Positions 41,586 through 52,082 of a stretch of 64,000 bases of DNA are shown here, piece by piece. The stretch's first letter is position 1, and every line of letters begins with the position of its first letter. The notes beneath the pieces were generated by a model, which saw only the letters and a program-made list of their open reading frames with translations, did not search any database and was not told the origin of the DNA. Source of the DNA: Nitrospirales bacterium (GTDB lineage Bacteria; Nitrospirota; Nitrospiria; Nitrospirales; UBA8639). Location: assembly GCA_963555755.3 (NCBI GenBank), contig OY820905.2, positions 832,001-896,000 of the forward strand, read 5' to 3'. The translations under genes were made by a program, and so were the position numbers.

Positions 41586-42413
41586 TTATGAAACCGGCTT
41601 TTCTGAAGGCGCCTCGGCCGGACTCTGCTGTTTCTTCAAAGCAGCCTCCCACCATTCCGTCCACTCAAGCGCCCATTGTTTTCGCTGTTCTTGTGTTGAC
41701 CCTTGCCAATCATGTGGCTTCCCGGCAAACCGCGTGAGCCGCCAAAATGAGTCTAAAGCCGTCGCCGCCACATATCGTTCAGGATCGGCTAGTAATTGAA
41801 TCAAGAGTGGCGGAATTTCGACATCTCGCACATAGCGTGATAAAAACGCGACAGCCCGACGCATGGTGTCACTGTCGTCATCCACAATAGATTTCAGGGC
41901 TGGAATGGACTGAATGGGGTCGAGCTTCACAGCTACACGAAGTCCACGTTCACGCACTCGCGTAACCTCATTGAGATCCATTGCCGCTTCCAACAGGTTC
42001 GGCACGGCCCTCGCATCTTTAATCATCGATAGGGTTAGGATCGCATTATATCGGAGACGCGTCCCTGGCAGTTTGAGCGCTTTGACCAACACAGGTACGA
42101 CAGGTTTTCCGAGATGCACAAATTCTCCCATAATGTACAATTCCTGTTGTCCTTCCAGAAGGGGCAAGAGACCCTCGGCACGCTTCAACTCTTTTTCGGA
42201 CAACACCTCAGGCGCCGGCGTGGCTTCCTGGATATCAGGAAATTCGGCTTCAGGAGGGGCATCATACGTTTGAACGGGAATGATGTGGCCGGCCAACGAA
42301 TCTTGCCACGCCCCAACCCACTGGGGTACGGCAAAAAAGATTCCTAACACGCAACTCGCCAATAACCCTAACGACTTTTTCATCATCACCCGTCTCCTCA
42401 CACTCACAAACAT
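41586..42413 (-). CDS. Secreted HEAT-repeat protein
   Basis: Signal peptide; VPVLVKAL, AVPNLLEA, SIPALKSI, IPPLLIQLL..D repeats. Confidence 0.75.
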   Translation of the reverse strand: MFVSVRRRVMMKKSLGLLASCVLGIFFAVPQWVGAWQDSLAGHIIPVQTYDAPPEAEFPDIQEATPAPEVLSEKELKRAEGLLPLLEGQQELYIMGEFVHLGKPVVPVLVKALKLPGTRLRYNAILTLSMIKDARAVPNLLEAAMDLNEVTRVRERGLRVAVKLDPIQSIPALKSIVDDDSDTMRRAVAFLSRYVRDVEIPPLLIQLLADPERYVAATALDSFWRLTRFAGKPHDWQGSTQEQRKQWALEWTEWWEAALKKQQSPAEAPSEKPVS

Positions 42414-42482
42414 TCTCCCACCTTCCCTTCCTTCAGTCTAGTGGGTTCCCCGCAAACTGGTCAAGAAAAAGAGAAGCAGCCC

Positions 42483-44386
42483 CAGGGCTATTTCATATTA
42501 AAGTGTAACTTTATAGATAATAAGGAATAATCGATTTAGGCTGGCTTTTTCTTTTCGTTTACGGCATACTCTTTTGCATGCCAGACGAATCGCCAAGCGG
42601 ACAGCCGGACATTGATCTGAGGCAAGTCGTGGTTCGCCCAATTGTCCGAGACGAAAAGGACGCCTTCAAGACCCTTCTCGACAGACACCACTACCTCGGT
42701 CATGCCCCGCTGATTGGCCAATCGATACAATATCTCGCCTGTGTGCAGGATCGCTGGCTGGCCTTGCTGGTGTTTGCGGCGGCGGCCCTCAAATCGAGAC
42801 CGCGAGACCACTGGATCGGCTGGCCCCCCTGTTTTCAATGGCAACGACTCCATTTACTGGCCAACAACACCTGGTTTCTCATGCTGCCGGGCTGTTCGCA
42901 AAAGAACCTCGCCTCGAAAGTCCTGTCGCTCTGCGCGAAACGGATCTCGGCCGATTGGCAACTGTACCACGGCTACCCCTTGCTCCTCTTAGAGACCTTC
43001 GTCGATCCTGCCCGCTTCACCGGGACCTGCTATCGGGCCGCCGGGTGGCACGAGCTCGGTCTGACACGAGGGTTTCGCAAGTCGAACACGTGTTATGTTC
43101 AGCATGAGAGACCGAAGCGCATCCTAGTCGTGCGGCTGCATCCCCAAGCCCGAGAGATCCTTGCACGCCCGATGCTTGATCAGCCCTATCAGAAAGGAGA
43201 AGCGCCTCAGATGAGATTGAATACAAAACAGACGGACTCCCTCTTTACGTATGTGGTGCAGCTGACCGATCCCCGCCATTTGCAAGGGCAACGGCACACC
43301 CGACGCGCCCTCACGGCGATCATGTTCTGTGCCACCTTGTGCGGCGCGCGCGGCTATGAAGCGATCTCGGACTGGGCCCAGCAGTTATCGCAGCCGATGC
43401 GCAAGCGGCTAGGCTGTACTCAGCGAGGGGGGCGCTACCTCGTCCCGAGCCGCAGCACTCTTTACCGCTTTATCACGGCCGTCGACCCCTGTGAAGTCGA
43501 TACCCTGCTCGGCCGGTGGCTGGACACCTTCGGCGGGGAGGATCAGGGCATTGCCATTGATGGGAAGACCATGCGGGGGACGTCGAAGGTCCCAAGCGAA
43601 CAGACCCACGTCCTCAGCGCCGTCACCCATCAAGCCGGGCGCCACCTCACCCAAAAAAAGTTCACTCCAAGACCAATGAGATCCCCTGCGTGCGGCCCCT
43701 GTTAGATGCGCTCGAGATCGCAGGGAAGGTGATCACGGCGGATGCGCTCCTCACCCAGAAAGAGATTGCCGAGTACCTGGTGCACGAACGCGGCGCCGAC
43801 TTCGTCTTCACCGTCAAGGGAAACCAGCCCACCTTGAAGCACGACATTGAGGCCTTAGCGTTGCGAGCACGCCGGTGCGATTATGCCACCACCGAGAAAG
43901 GCCATGGGCAGATCACGACCCGCAGGATCTGGTGCGATGACTCCCTGAATGCCTATGTCAACTTTCCTCATGTCCAGCAAGTCTTCTGCATTGAGAGGGA
44001 AGTGACGCATCTCAAGCAGGGCCTCACGACCGTCGAAGCGGTCTGCGGTGTCACGAGTCAGTCCAAAGACAAGGCGGGGCCGAAGACCATCCTCTCGCAA
44101 AACCGAAAGCATTGGAGTGTGGAGAATAAGCAGCATTATGTGTTGGACGTCACCTTTGATGAAGACAGGAGTCAGATACGAAGTCTCAATGGCCCAATGG
44201 TCATGACCTGTCTGAGACGCTATGCCATCAGTCTCTTACGCCTGAAAGGCTACACCAATATCGCGCAGGCGTGTAGACTGCTCTGGGGCAAGCCCCATTT
44301 AGCCATCCGCATGGCCCTGCCCTGAAAAAGAGCGCACAAAAAACCTCATGGAATCCCTTGCTTATAAAAAGAATGAAATGGCCCTG
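42483..44386 (+). mobile_element. ISAs1-family insertion sequence (1904 bp)
   Basis: IR CAGGGCTATTTCAT / ATGAAATGGCCCTG; 10-bp target duplication GAAGCAGCCC. Confidence 0.92.
42578..44325 (+). CDS. DUF4338 (DruA-like) domain fused to an ISAs1 transposase, completed by a -1 frameshift
   Basis: HHYLG, ANN.WFL.LP...NLASKVLS, LLETFVD, GTCYRAAGW..LG.TRG; then DPR, AIDGKT.RG, A_AAA_AAG at 43654-43660 giving KTNEIP, TADAL, VKGNQ, HWSVEN, DVTFDED. Confidence 0.85.
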
Positions 44387-44400
44387 GAAGCAGCCCCTAA

Positions 44401-44597
44401 TGGGATTGATAAAAAATTTAAAATTTTCATAATGCCGTCACATGTAACTCATCTCATGAACATTCAAGAGCAACAGGGGATGTTCAAAAAGGTGCGCTCA
44501 GCAAGGCCGCAGGCCCTTTGACGCGCGGAGCGTACTCATAGTACGTGAGCACGACAAAGGGCCGAGAACGCCGCTGACGCCCTTTTTCAACATCCCC
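44401..44597 (+). mobile_element. Family A MITE (core 44476-44597) with 5' extension
   Basis: TAA duplicated; core identical to 45790-45911. Confidence 0.88.
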
Positions 44598-45670
44598 TAA
44601 TGGACTTTCAACTCCGTCCAGGCACGATCATAGTATCGAGTGGCTTCTCCGGCATCGACCATCCATTCCATACGAGCAATGACTTCTGGTGGAGGATACA
44701 CCGCGGAGTTATTTCGCACGGAAGGAGACACCAGATCTTTCACCAAACGATTCGCTGAGGCAAACAAAAGTCGCTCCGACGTAGTTTGAGCCACCTGCGT
44801 ATCAATAAGATAGTTAATAAATTCGAACGCCATCGACTTCCGCGGTGATGTGGCGAGCACGGTCAGACAATCCGTCCAAATAGTTCCACCCTCTTGAGGA
44901 ACGACATAGCGAATGGAAGGACGCTCTCGCATCGCTCGAGCAATTGGCCCACCCCAGGCATGGGCCAACACCACATCGCCGGTGACCAATAAATGATCGA
45001 ACGCTTCACTCGTATAGATCAAGACCAAGGGCTTCTGTGCAATCAGCTTTTGTTTGGCCTGCTCGATGAGCCGAGGGTCTTGACTATTCAATGAATGCCC
45101 CAGCGATCTCAGGGCCATCCCAAACACTTCCCGCTGATCATTGAGCATGCTAATCCGCCCCGAATACCGTGCATCCCATAAAATATTCCAACTCGTTGGC
45201 GGCTCCTGGATCGTCGCCGAATCGTAGCCTATGCCTACGGTACCCCACAGATACGGCACTGAATATTCCTGCGCAGGATCAAACGGGAGGTTTTTCAGAA
45301 AGGGCTCAATAAATTGCTCATTGGGAATGCGACGGTGGTCTACCTTCGCCAAGAAACCCAGCTGTGCCATGATGGACACCATAAAATCCGATGGCACCAC
45401 CACATCATAACCCGTCGCCCCGCTCTGCACTTTGGCCAACAGTTCTTCATTGCTACTAAACGTATCAACCACAACCCTGATGCCGGTTTGATCTTCAAAC
45501 CCATCAAGCAATTCTTGGTCCACATAATCCGACCAGGTGAAGTAATACAATTCCTTGCCGGCAGTATCCTCAGGCTGTGCACTGTTGGAGGATTCTCCAG
45601 TGTTCTGCCCACACCCAGCCAGTACCCCGACAAGGATCAGAAGACTGACGGCCACCCTACACAACGGCAT
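44597..45670 (-). CDS. potD: Spermidine/putrescine ABC transporter substrate-binding lipoprotein
   Basis: Lipobox LAGC; WSDY, SNEE, YDVVVPSD, PYLWGT.GI, P.EGG.IW.D. Confidence 0.88.
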   Translation of the reverse strand: MPLCRVAVSLLILVGVLAGCGQNTGESSNSAQPEDTAGKELYYFTWSDYVDQELLDGFEDQTGIRVVVDTFSSNEELLAKVQSGATGYDVVVPSDFMVSIMAQLGFLAKVDHRRIPNEQFIEPFLKNLPFDPAQEYSVPYLWGTVGIGYDSATIQEPPTSWNILWDARYSGRISMLNDQREVFGMALRSLGHSLNSQDPRLIEQAKQKLIAQKPLVLIYTSEAFDHLLVTGDVVLAHAWGGPIARAMRERPSIRYVVPQEGGTIWTDCLTVLATSPRKSMAFEFINYLIDTQVAQTTSERLLFASANRLVKDLVSPSVRNNSAVYPPPEVIARMEWMVDAGEATRYYDRAWTELKVH

Positions 45671-45711
45671 CCAAGCTTTATTGAACGTTCGAGTTTTAAT
45701 AATCGCGTGTC

Positions 45712-45911
45712 TGGAACCATTGAATAATTGAAAATTTTTCATCATGCCGTTCACATGTGACTCATCTTATAAAACATCCAAGAGCAACAGGGGATGTTCA
45801 AAAAGGTGCGCTCAGCAAGGCCGCAGGCCCTTTGACGCGCGGAGCGTACTCATAGTACGTGAGCACGACAAAGGGCCGAGAACGCCGCTGACGCCCTTTT
45901 TCAACATCCCC
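45712..45911 (+). mobile_element. Family A MITE (core 45790-45911) with 5' extension, between potC and potD
   Basis: Core identical to the 44476 copy. Confidence 0.88.
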
Positions 45912-46679
45912 TCATTTTCGTTGAAAGACGAGCGATAGGCCAATCAGCAGCATGGACACCGTCACCAGAAGCGCCGACAGCGCGTTGATCTCGGGTGTGA
46001 TCCCGGTACGCATCATCGAAAATACTTTGAGGGGTAAGGTTGTGGCTCCGGGACCAGTGGTGAAAAACGTCACCACAAAGTCATCCAACGACAGGGTGAA
46101 TGCCATCAAACCGGCGCCCAACAATGCGGGACGAAGCAAGGGAAACGTGATATGCACAAAGGCCTGCCACGGAGTCGCGCCTAAATCACGAGCCGCGTCT
46201 TCCCACACGGGATCAATCTTGCGAAGCCTCGCCCGAAGCACCATGATCACCAACGGCAAATTAAACACACAATGTCCAATCGTCACCGTCGCCAGGCCAA
46301 GCGGCCACTCGATCATGACAAAAAACAGCAACAAAGCCACACCCAACATGACCTCCGGAATGACCAAGGGCAGCAGCAAGATTCCTTCAAGCAAGGGCTG
46401 GCTCGAAGCCCGTCCTCGCTCCATATACACGGCTGCGCCAATCCCCAACGCCAGAGACACTAATGTTGAAATCCCTCCAATGATGAGTGAATTGCTCGTC
46501 GCCAGCCACAACGCGTGATTTTCTGCTAATTGCCGATACCAGTAAAACGTGCCCCCCTCCCACACTGCGGAGATCTTTGAGGCATTGAACGAAAAAATGA
46601 GAATGACCACGATGGGGCCATATAAAAACACAAGCGTACCAGCACTGATTCCCGTAAGCCATCTGTAGCGACGATGCAT
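45912..46679 (-). CDS. potC: Polyamine ABC transporter permease
   Basis: FLYGP..ILIFSFN, EDAARDLGA, SLDDFVVTFF, TPEINAL. Confidence 0.88.
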   Translation of the reverse strand: MHRRYRWLTGISAGTLVFLYGPIVVILIFSFNASKISAVWEGGTFYWYRQLAENHALWLATSNSLIIGGISTLVSLALGIGAAVYMERGRASSQPLLEGILLLPLVIPEVMLGVALLLFFVMIEWPLGLATVTIGHCVFNLPLVIMVLRARLRKIDPVWEDAARDLGATPWQAFVHITFPLLRPALLGAGLMAFTLSLDDFVVTFFTTGPGATTLPLKVFSMMRTGITPEINALSALLVTVSMLLIGLSLVFQRK

Positions 46680-46681
46680 GG

Positions 46682-47527
46682 TTATCCCCAGAACTTCCGT
46701 CGTGTAAACATTGGGATGCCCACAACCACGACAAGCAACATCAAGACAAAGGATATGGCCGACCCAAAGGGCCAATCCCGAACTACCAAAAACTCATGTT
46801 GAATGAGCGTGCCCAGCATCATACTTTGCCCACCCCCCAACAAATGCGGCGTAATAAACGCGCCCACTGAAGGAATAAACACCAGGATACATCCGGCCAC
46901 AATCCCCGGTCTGGCCAAAGGAATGACCACATGCCAAAAAACCGACAAACCGCTGGCATAGAGATCCAACGCGGCTTCTTCAAATGAAGGACTGATACGT
47001 TCAATGGCGACATACAACGGGAGAATCATGAACGGCAGATACCCATACACCAATCCAATAAACACCGCACCGTTCGTATACAACAGGTCAAGAGGGGCAT
47101 CCAGAATCCTCAGATGCATCAACACACTATTGAAGAAACCTTCGGTCCGAAGCAGAAAGATCCAGGCATAGGTGCGGACAAGGAAATTTGTCCAAAATGG
47201 AATCATGACTAACAGAAGAAGGATATTCTGCATCCTGGGAGAAGATCGTGCCATCACATAGGCCAAAGGAAATCCTACCGCCAGGCAGACCACCGTCGTC
47301 GCCCCAGCCAGGAACAAGGATCGCCCATAGATATTCCAATACAACGGATCAGCCAAACGCAGGTAATTCTCGAAATTCAGGGTCCATTCAATACCACCGT
47401 ATAATCCGCGAGAGGCCAGGCTCACTCCGAACATGAGGAGTACGGGAATGCAGAAAAAGACTCCAAGCAGAAGGAGTGTCGGAAGTAAAAGAAATGACGG
47501 GTGGCGAGCGAGAGAAGAGTTCATCAT
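46682..47527 (-). CDS. potB: Polyamine ABC transporter permease
   Basis: PFWTNFLVRTYAW, LPFMILPLY, EEAALDL, DWPFGSA. Confidence 0.88.
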   Translation of the reverse strand: MMNSSLARHPSFLLLPTLLLLGVFFCIPVLLMFGVSLASRGLYGGIEWTLNFENYLRLADPLYWNIYGRSLFLAGATTVVCLAVGFPLAYVMARSSPRMQNILLLLVMIPFWTNFLVRTYAWIFLLRTEGFFNSVLMHLRILDAPLDLLYTNGAVFIGLVYGYLPFMILPLYVAIERISPSFEEAALDLYASGLSVFWHVVIPLARPGIVAGCILVFIPSVGAFITPHLLGGGQSMMLGTLIQHEFLVVRDWPFGSAISFVLMLLVVVVGIPMFTRRKFWG

Positions 47528-47570
47528 GAAAACACGAGCTGGACCAAAAACACGCGGAAATTCAAAAGGA

Positions 47571-48668
47571 CTACTGAGGAAAGATTAACCCATGTTGAGC
47601 CTCCCACCTGATAAAGGCTTTTTCACCAGGACAAAATCGGGCATTCCGATCAGGCTGGGAAGCCATGCGTACCGTCCATGAGAGATTCGGGGCTACAGTG
47701 ACCACATATTGCATTTCATCGCCCAGATAGAAATCCTGATTGATTTTGACCTCAAGTGAATTCTCTGTCGGACCACACTCGTGTTCGCGGGACAAGGTCA
47801 ACTGTTCCGGCCTGAGAATCATCACTACCCTGTTTCCCGTCATGCCCTGAGAGACACGAGGAATGTGAATGGGTTTGAGTCCAACGGATTGAAAGACACT
47901 ATGGGTTTCATTTGTGGCAAGAACCTCCCCCTCTAGTCTATTGGATTGGCCAACGAATTGCGCCACGAACAAACATCGAGGCTGAGAGTACAGCGCTTCC
48001 GGCTCACCAATTTGCATGAGCCGGCCTTCGTTCATCACGGCCACCCGATCGGACATGAGAAGGGCTTCCGACTGATGATGTGTAACACAGATAAACGTGA
48101 TGCCCACTTGTGCTTGAATCACTTTCAGCTCGCGCTGCATTTCTTGGCGTAATTGCTGATCGAGCGCACCCAACGGTTCATCGAGCAAAATCACGGCTGG
48201 GCGATTGACCAACGCCCGAGCTAACGCCACCCGTTGTTGCTCCCCTCCTGACAGCGCTGATGGCAACCGATCCGCCTTGCCCGGCAAATGGACGATCTCC
48301 AACACCTCTCCGACTCGTGCGGAAATTTCCGAATGAGCAACCCCTTGCATCCGTAACCCAAAGGCGACATTATTCCAGACGGTCAGGTGAGGAAATAACG
48401 CATACTCCTGGAAGACGGTATTAACCGGTCGTTGATTGGGAGGCAATCCCTTCATGGATTGCCCATCAATCACAATATCACCCTCGTCCGGTTGAATGAG
48501 ACCGGCAATCAACCGTAACGTTGTCGTCTTTCCAGATCCGCTTGGGCCTAAAATCGAAAAAAATTCGTCGCTCTTGACCTCAAAGGACAGGCGATCCACA
48601 GCCAACGTGTCCCCATGACGCTTTGTCAATTCGTTGATTTGAACACGGGGGAACTTTTCAGATTTCAT
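47571..48668 (-). CDS. potA: Polyamine ABC transporter ATP-binding subunit
   Basis: GPSGSGKTT, RPVNTVFQ.YALFPHL, LSGGEQQR, TOBE-like tail. Confidence 0.88.
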   Translation of the reverse strand: MKSEKFPRVQINELTKRHGDTLAVDRLSFEVKSDEFFSILGPSGSGKTTTLRLIAGLIQPDEGDIVIDGQSMKGLPPNQRPVNTVFQEYALFPHLTVWNNVAFGLRMQGVAHSEISARVGEVLEIVHLPGKADRLPSALSGGEQQRVALARALVNRPAVILLDEPLGALDQQLRQEMQRELKVIQAQVGITFICVTHHQSEALLMSDRVAVMNEGRLMQIGEPEALYSQPRCLFVAQFVGQSNRLEGEVLATNETHSVFQSVGLKPIHIPRVSQGMTGNRVVMILRPEQLTLSREHECGPTENSLEVKINQDFYLGDEMQYVVTVAPNLSWTVRMASQPDRNARFCPGEKAFIRWEAQHGLIFPQ

Positions 48669-48992
48669 ACGGCGACTCAGTTGGAATGGCTACCTCTTCA
48701 ACAAGAAAACGATTTTAGGTGGCATGGAAAAATTATGTCAAATCAATCGCTTCGACCTAAGTCAAGTTTCACCTATCCCCATTCCCTCCAGATAACGCTG
48801 TCTGTTTCCGCTTGAGCATGTATTTGCTATGGGAATGAAATATTCGACAGGGCCCCTTATGCCTGTAGTCAAGACTATTGGACGAACAATTAACGCGGGC
48901 AAAAAGAAGGACGGCCCGGCTCCTCGCATTCCTAATTCGCTTTCCCTTAGAATACACGTCAATCATCTTGAACATCCAGAGAGCACATCATA

Positions 48993-49718
48993 ATGGCAAC
49001 GCAAGAACACCTTTCTTATCTCAAGCAAGGGCAGCAGATCTGGAATACATTTCGGAGGGAACAGCCTTCTATTCATCCAGATCTATCCAGTGCGAATCTT
49101 TCAGGATGGGACTTGGCGGGCTTCGACTTATCCGGAGCAAATTTAATGGACGTGAACCTCAGCCAAGCCAATCTCACCAAGACCATACTGACGGGCGCCA
49201 ATTTGGCAGAGGCGAATTTATTCGAAGCCAACCTGACTCACGCGGTTCTCAAACTCGCCAATTTAAACGAAGTTGACGCGGTCAATATCACGGCTATCCA
49301 AGCCGACTTTTCCCATGCGAGCCTGATCAAGGCAGACCTGTCTAAGGGGAACCTCACCGGCGCTAATTTTTCCGGTGCCAACCTGCATTACATTCATTTT
49401 CAAGGCGCCCTACTGAAAGGGGCCACCCTCCAAAACACGAAGCTCAGAGAATCCCATCTCGATGGGGCCATGCTCGCAGAAACGGATTTGAGCCGAGCTG
49501 ACCTGGGACAGGCCTCTTTAGCCCATGCAAACCTAGAGTGTGCGAATTTCATGGAAACCTCTTTGGTCCAAACCAACCTTCAAGGATCCTGCTTAATCGG
49601 GGCGTCGAACCTTACCCAAGAACGATTGGCGAAAGTCAAAACCCTCACTCATACCACAATGGATCCTACCCTGCTGGAACACATGACCACGAACTACCCT
49701 GGGTTATTTAAGGACTGA
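48993..49718 (+). CDS. Pentapeptide repeat protein
   Basis: Continuous A(N/D)LXX repeats. Confidence 0.92.
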   Translation: MATQEHLSYLKQGQQIWNTFRREQPSIHPDLSSANLSGWDLAGFDLSGANLMDVNLSQANLTKTILTGANLAEANLFEANLTHAVLKLANLNEVDAVNITAIQADFSHASLIKADLSKGNLTGANFSGANLHYIHFQGALLKGATLQNTKLRESHLDGAMLAETDLSRADLGQASLAHANLECANFMETSLVQTNLQGSCLIGASNLTQERLAKVKTLTHTTMDPTLLEHMTTNYPGLFKD

Positions 49719-49779
49719 GGCCTACCTTTGCGACCACATTCCTTGGAAGGCCCCCTCGTCGAGGAGAGAAGATACACGA

Positions 49780-50673
49780 TTATAATCGACCAGGAAATGT
49801 TAGCTCAGCAATGCCTGATTTATCCAAATGACCCTTTCCGATTTCCATGAGGCATTGATATTGTTCATACGTGGCCTTCGCGACCGGTAAGGCCATTCCC
49901 AATTCTTCCGCTAGCGATAACGCAATACGGGAATCTTTCGCCGCATGCTCGGCTGAAAAATAGCATTCATGATCGCGAGCCTCCATATCAGCTCCATCAG
50001 TCTCCAAGACACGGGAAGCGGCGCCGGTTTGAGAGAACACTGCACGCAACAGGCCAATATCCACCCCTAACGCCGCCCCCAATCCTAATCCCTCAGCCAA
50101 GGCTACCGTGTTCGCATTCATGACCATATTGACCAGGGCTTTGACCTTGGCGGCCTCTCCGGCAGGCCCCATATATCGACATACCACGCTCAATGAGTCC
50201 AACAGTGGCCTGACCCGCTCAAACACGTCTCGTTTCCCACCACACATCAGATACAAGGTTCCTTCCCGCGCTTGCGTAATACTACTTGCCATACAGGCTT
50301 CAAGGGTCTCTCCCCCATGGCTGTTGACTACCCGCTCAACGTCACAATGCACGCGGGGCGACACCGTAGCACAATTGATAAAGATTCGACCTTGGGCATG
50401 TTGCACAAGACTGAACTCGGCCTCTTCATCAAAAATGGTCCGCATTACCGAGTCGTCTGTCACAACCGTCAAAATTATATCAGCGTGTTTCGAAATCCCG
50501 GCCGGATTGGCACACACGTCACAACCCAACTCCTGACCCAACGCGTCAGCCTTGGCACCATCACTGTCATACACACCCACAAGGGTATAGCCCACATCCT
50601 TGAGACGCCTGGCCATATTCCCACCCATTCTCCCCACACCAACAAACCCTATGCGATCCTGACCGTGTTCCAT
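49780..50673 (-). CDS. NAD(P)-dependent beta-hydroxyacid dehydrogenase family oxidoreductase
   Basis: IGFVGVGRMG; catalytic K..VN; KD. Confidence 0.88.
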   Translation of the reverse strand: MEHGQDRIGFVGVGRMGGNMARRLKDVGYTLVGVYDSDGAKADALGQELGCDVCANPAGISKHADIILTVVTDDSVMRTIFDEEAEFSLVQHAQGRIFINCATVSPRVHCDVERVVNSHGGETLEACMASSITQAREGTLYLMCGGKRDVFERVRPLLDSLSVVCRYMGPAGEAAKVKALVNMVMNANTVALAEGLGLGAALGVDIGLLRAVFSQTGAASRVLETDGADMEARDHECYFSAEHAAKDSRIALSLAEELGMALPVAKATYEQYQCLMEIGKGHLDKSGIAELTFPGRL

Positions 50674-51061
50674 GATTTTTCCTTTCCTACATTGCCATGT
50701 TGAGCATCATACCCCAGCTGAAAACTCACGTCCTTTTCTTTCAGAAGAATCCTCAATAACCAACCAACGGGGACGAACCACGGGCAGCCATCATACGCTT
50801 AAGATTCACAATCCCGAAACCGATCACTTTCATACAGGCTCATTCAGGTTGAACTCAATACCTCATGATCAACACGATCCCCTCCCTTTCAGATGGTCTC
50901 ACCGGCCATCGTGAGGCAATGAGAAACAATCTGTTCCACCAAAAAGCCTGCCCCTTCCGTAAAACTACATGAGCCGGGTACCGTTTCGATCCTCAATATT
51001 TCACAACCAATTACGCACAGTCGAATTGATTTTCAAATAAAGAAAGGGACCAACCTCAAGC

Positions 51062-51748
51062 ATGGACATCCTCCTCGTGAGTCTCTTGATTTTTCTCTTC
51101 GTTGCCGGCGTCTTGGTTTTTACTCTTGGGGGAAAACCCTCGTCTAATACCGCTACCACAATTCCACCGATGGCTTGTCCACCAGGGTTTTCCCCATCAT
51201 TATCCTATCTGGAAAAATATGGTGACACCGGAATCGCCTATGATGAAAAACAGAAAGCCATCTGCATCTTGCAACCGGACGTACAGCACAGCCAGATCAT
51301 TTCCTATAAAGATATTTTGGTTGCCGCGGTGGTTGAAGATGAAAGTCTGGCTGCGAAATCCATGCGCACGGACGAACCTGGCAAGCAACTGCTTTCACAC
51401 ATTCTTTCTGAAGAGATCAAAGTCCTTTTTCAAGACCATACCGAACAGACAGAAGGAGAACAAAAAATTCCCTCCGGCGGAACCAGCAGCAACATCCAAC
51501 TCAGAATCCTCATCAACAATCCGGAACATCCGGTACATCACATCCATTTTCTGAATATGGAAGCAAAAAAAGGAGGCCTCATCCACAACGAAGCCGTGGT
51601 GCAGGTGAAAAACTGGCAGGATCTATTGAGCTTTTTGATCAGAATGGCAGGAAAAGTAGGGACAGGCCCAGGTCAGACCCCATCACCAGACGGCCAACTG
51701 GCCACCTCTCAACAGCAACCCGAACCGGCGGTTGCGGAACAAGCATAG
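51062..51748 (+). CDS. Membrane-anchored hypothetical protein
   Basis: N-terminal TM helix, 228-aa ORF. Confidence 0.65.
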   Translation: MDILLVSLLIFLFVAGVLVFTLGGKPSSNTATTIPPMACPPGFSPSLSYLEKYGDTGIAYDEKQKAICILQPDVQHSQIISYKDILVAAVVEDESLAAKSMRTDEPGKQLLSHILSEEIKVLFQDHTEQTEGEQKIPSGGTSSNIQLRILINNPEHPVHHIHFLNMEAKKGGLIHNEAVVQVKNWQDLLSFLIRMAGKVGTGPGQTPSPDGQLATSQQQPEPAVAEQA

Positions 51749-52082
51749 CCACCGACCCATCAGAGGGTCGGTCACAGTTTTCAGCACTTCCCCCAAGTAA
51801 GCAGAGCGAAAACCACACATTGGTGATCGCATTGTATTCACTCACCGCCCAGTAATCCTGAACACGAGGACTCCAGTTAAAATTGTTCCATCTGTTCCTT
51901 GCATCTGCCCACATCGCCGGCAAGATATAGATATTTTTACCTAGTTATTTAAACCCAAATTCAAACACATACAATCTCCCTACCCCCTCTTTTGGGGAAT
52001 TGCGCGACGCCATTGTTTCCGTGTCCAATAAGCCGTTAACTGTGTAGCTGACCCAGGTTGGGTTTCAATATGTGACGGATTC

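Noticed and set aside
42578..43210. Druantia anti-phage system
   Set aside because: The DruA-like domain lies inside an IS with IRs and a target duplication; no DruE helicase or other dru genes are in the window.
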